Below, one piece after another: positions 51,858 through 51,981 of a stretch of 51,981 nucleotides of DNA (positions are counted from its first letter, which is position 1; each line of letters opens with the position of its first letter). This DNA comes from a virus (lineage: Duplodnaviria; Caudoviricetes), in the IMG/VR virus record IMGVR_UViG_3300029216_000006, positions 1 through 51,981 of that record; one strand, written 5' to 3'. The translations under genes were made by a program, and so were the position numbers. The notes below the pieces were generated by a model. It was not told the DNA's origin. It saw only the letters and a list, made by a program, of their open reading frames with translations, and searched no databases.

Positions 51858-51981
51858 AAGTTGTCGAGGCTGGTTTTTATACTGTGATTACAAGTCCCGG
51901 AGGGAGGGTGTCCCCGTACCCGTACCCGTCCCCGTCCCCGTACCCGGTCCCGGTCCCCGTCCCGTACCCGTACCCGTCCCC
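51858..51981. repeat. Terminal direct repeat, right copy
   Basis: 51858-51963 matches 1-106; 51964-51981 matches 149-166. Confidence 0.95.

Noticed and set aside
1-51981. Stop-codon reassignment or a suppressor tRNA
   Set aside because: Core genes are intact in the standard code with all three stops used, and no suppressor anticodon was seen.

Overview
This window looks like a complete, circularly assembled ~51.9 kb tailed-phage genome: bases 1-106 are identical to 51858-51963. Planctomycetota is my inferred host, from the SSB sequence style and a Cys-rich 'GLGD...CxGCxRRQxxLN' protein. Layout: (i) leftward small early genes across the junction (about 48.8 kb to 2.1 kb); (ii) a rightward arm (3.1-19.2 kb) with tRNA-fMet, an aberrant tRNA, a divergent TyrRS, YqaJ/ERF recombination genes, ParB-like protein, SF2 helicase, RusA, a C5 methyltransferase with a nested alternative-frame ORF, a cassette-like run of small genes containing a catalytic-core-only HisRS, and SSB; (iii) a leftward morphogenesis arm (47.4 to 19.6 kb) with long terminase, GroES, portal, scaffold, capsid, adaptor/tail and internal virion proteins, lysis-like membrane proteins and three glycan-acting-like proteins. 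The strongest candidate for a new system is a self-contained minus-strand unit at 48738-47489: promoter, then a 250-aa unknown protein, then about 420 nt of non-coding RNA, then a terminator. The RNA holds two circularly permuted tRNA-like modules (T arm, loop-closed acceptor stem, D arm, as in YrlA Y RNAs) and a CAU tRNA with an unpaired acceptor end, yet I see no Ro60 gene. All family assignments come from motif recognition by eye; no searches were run.
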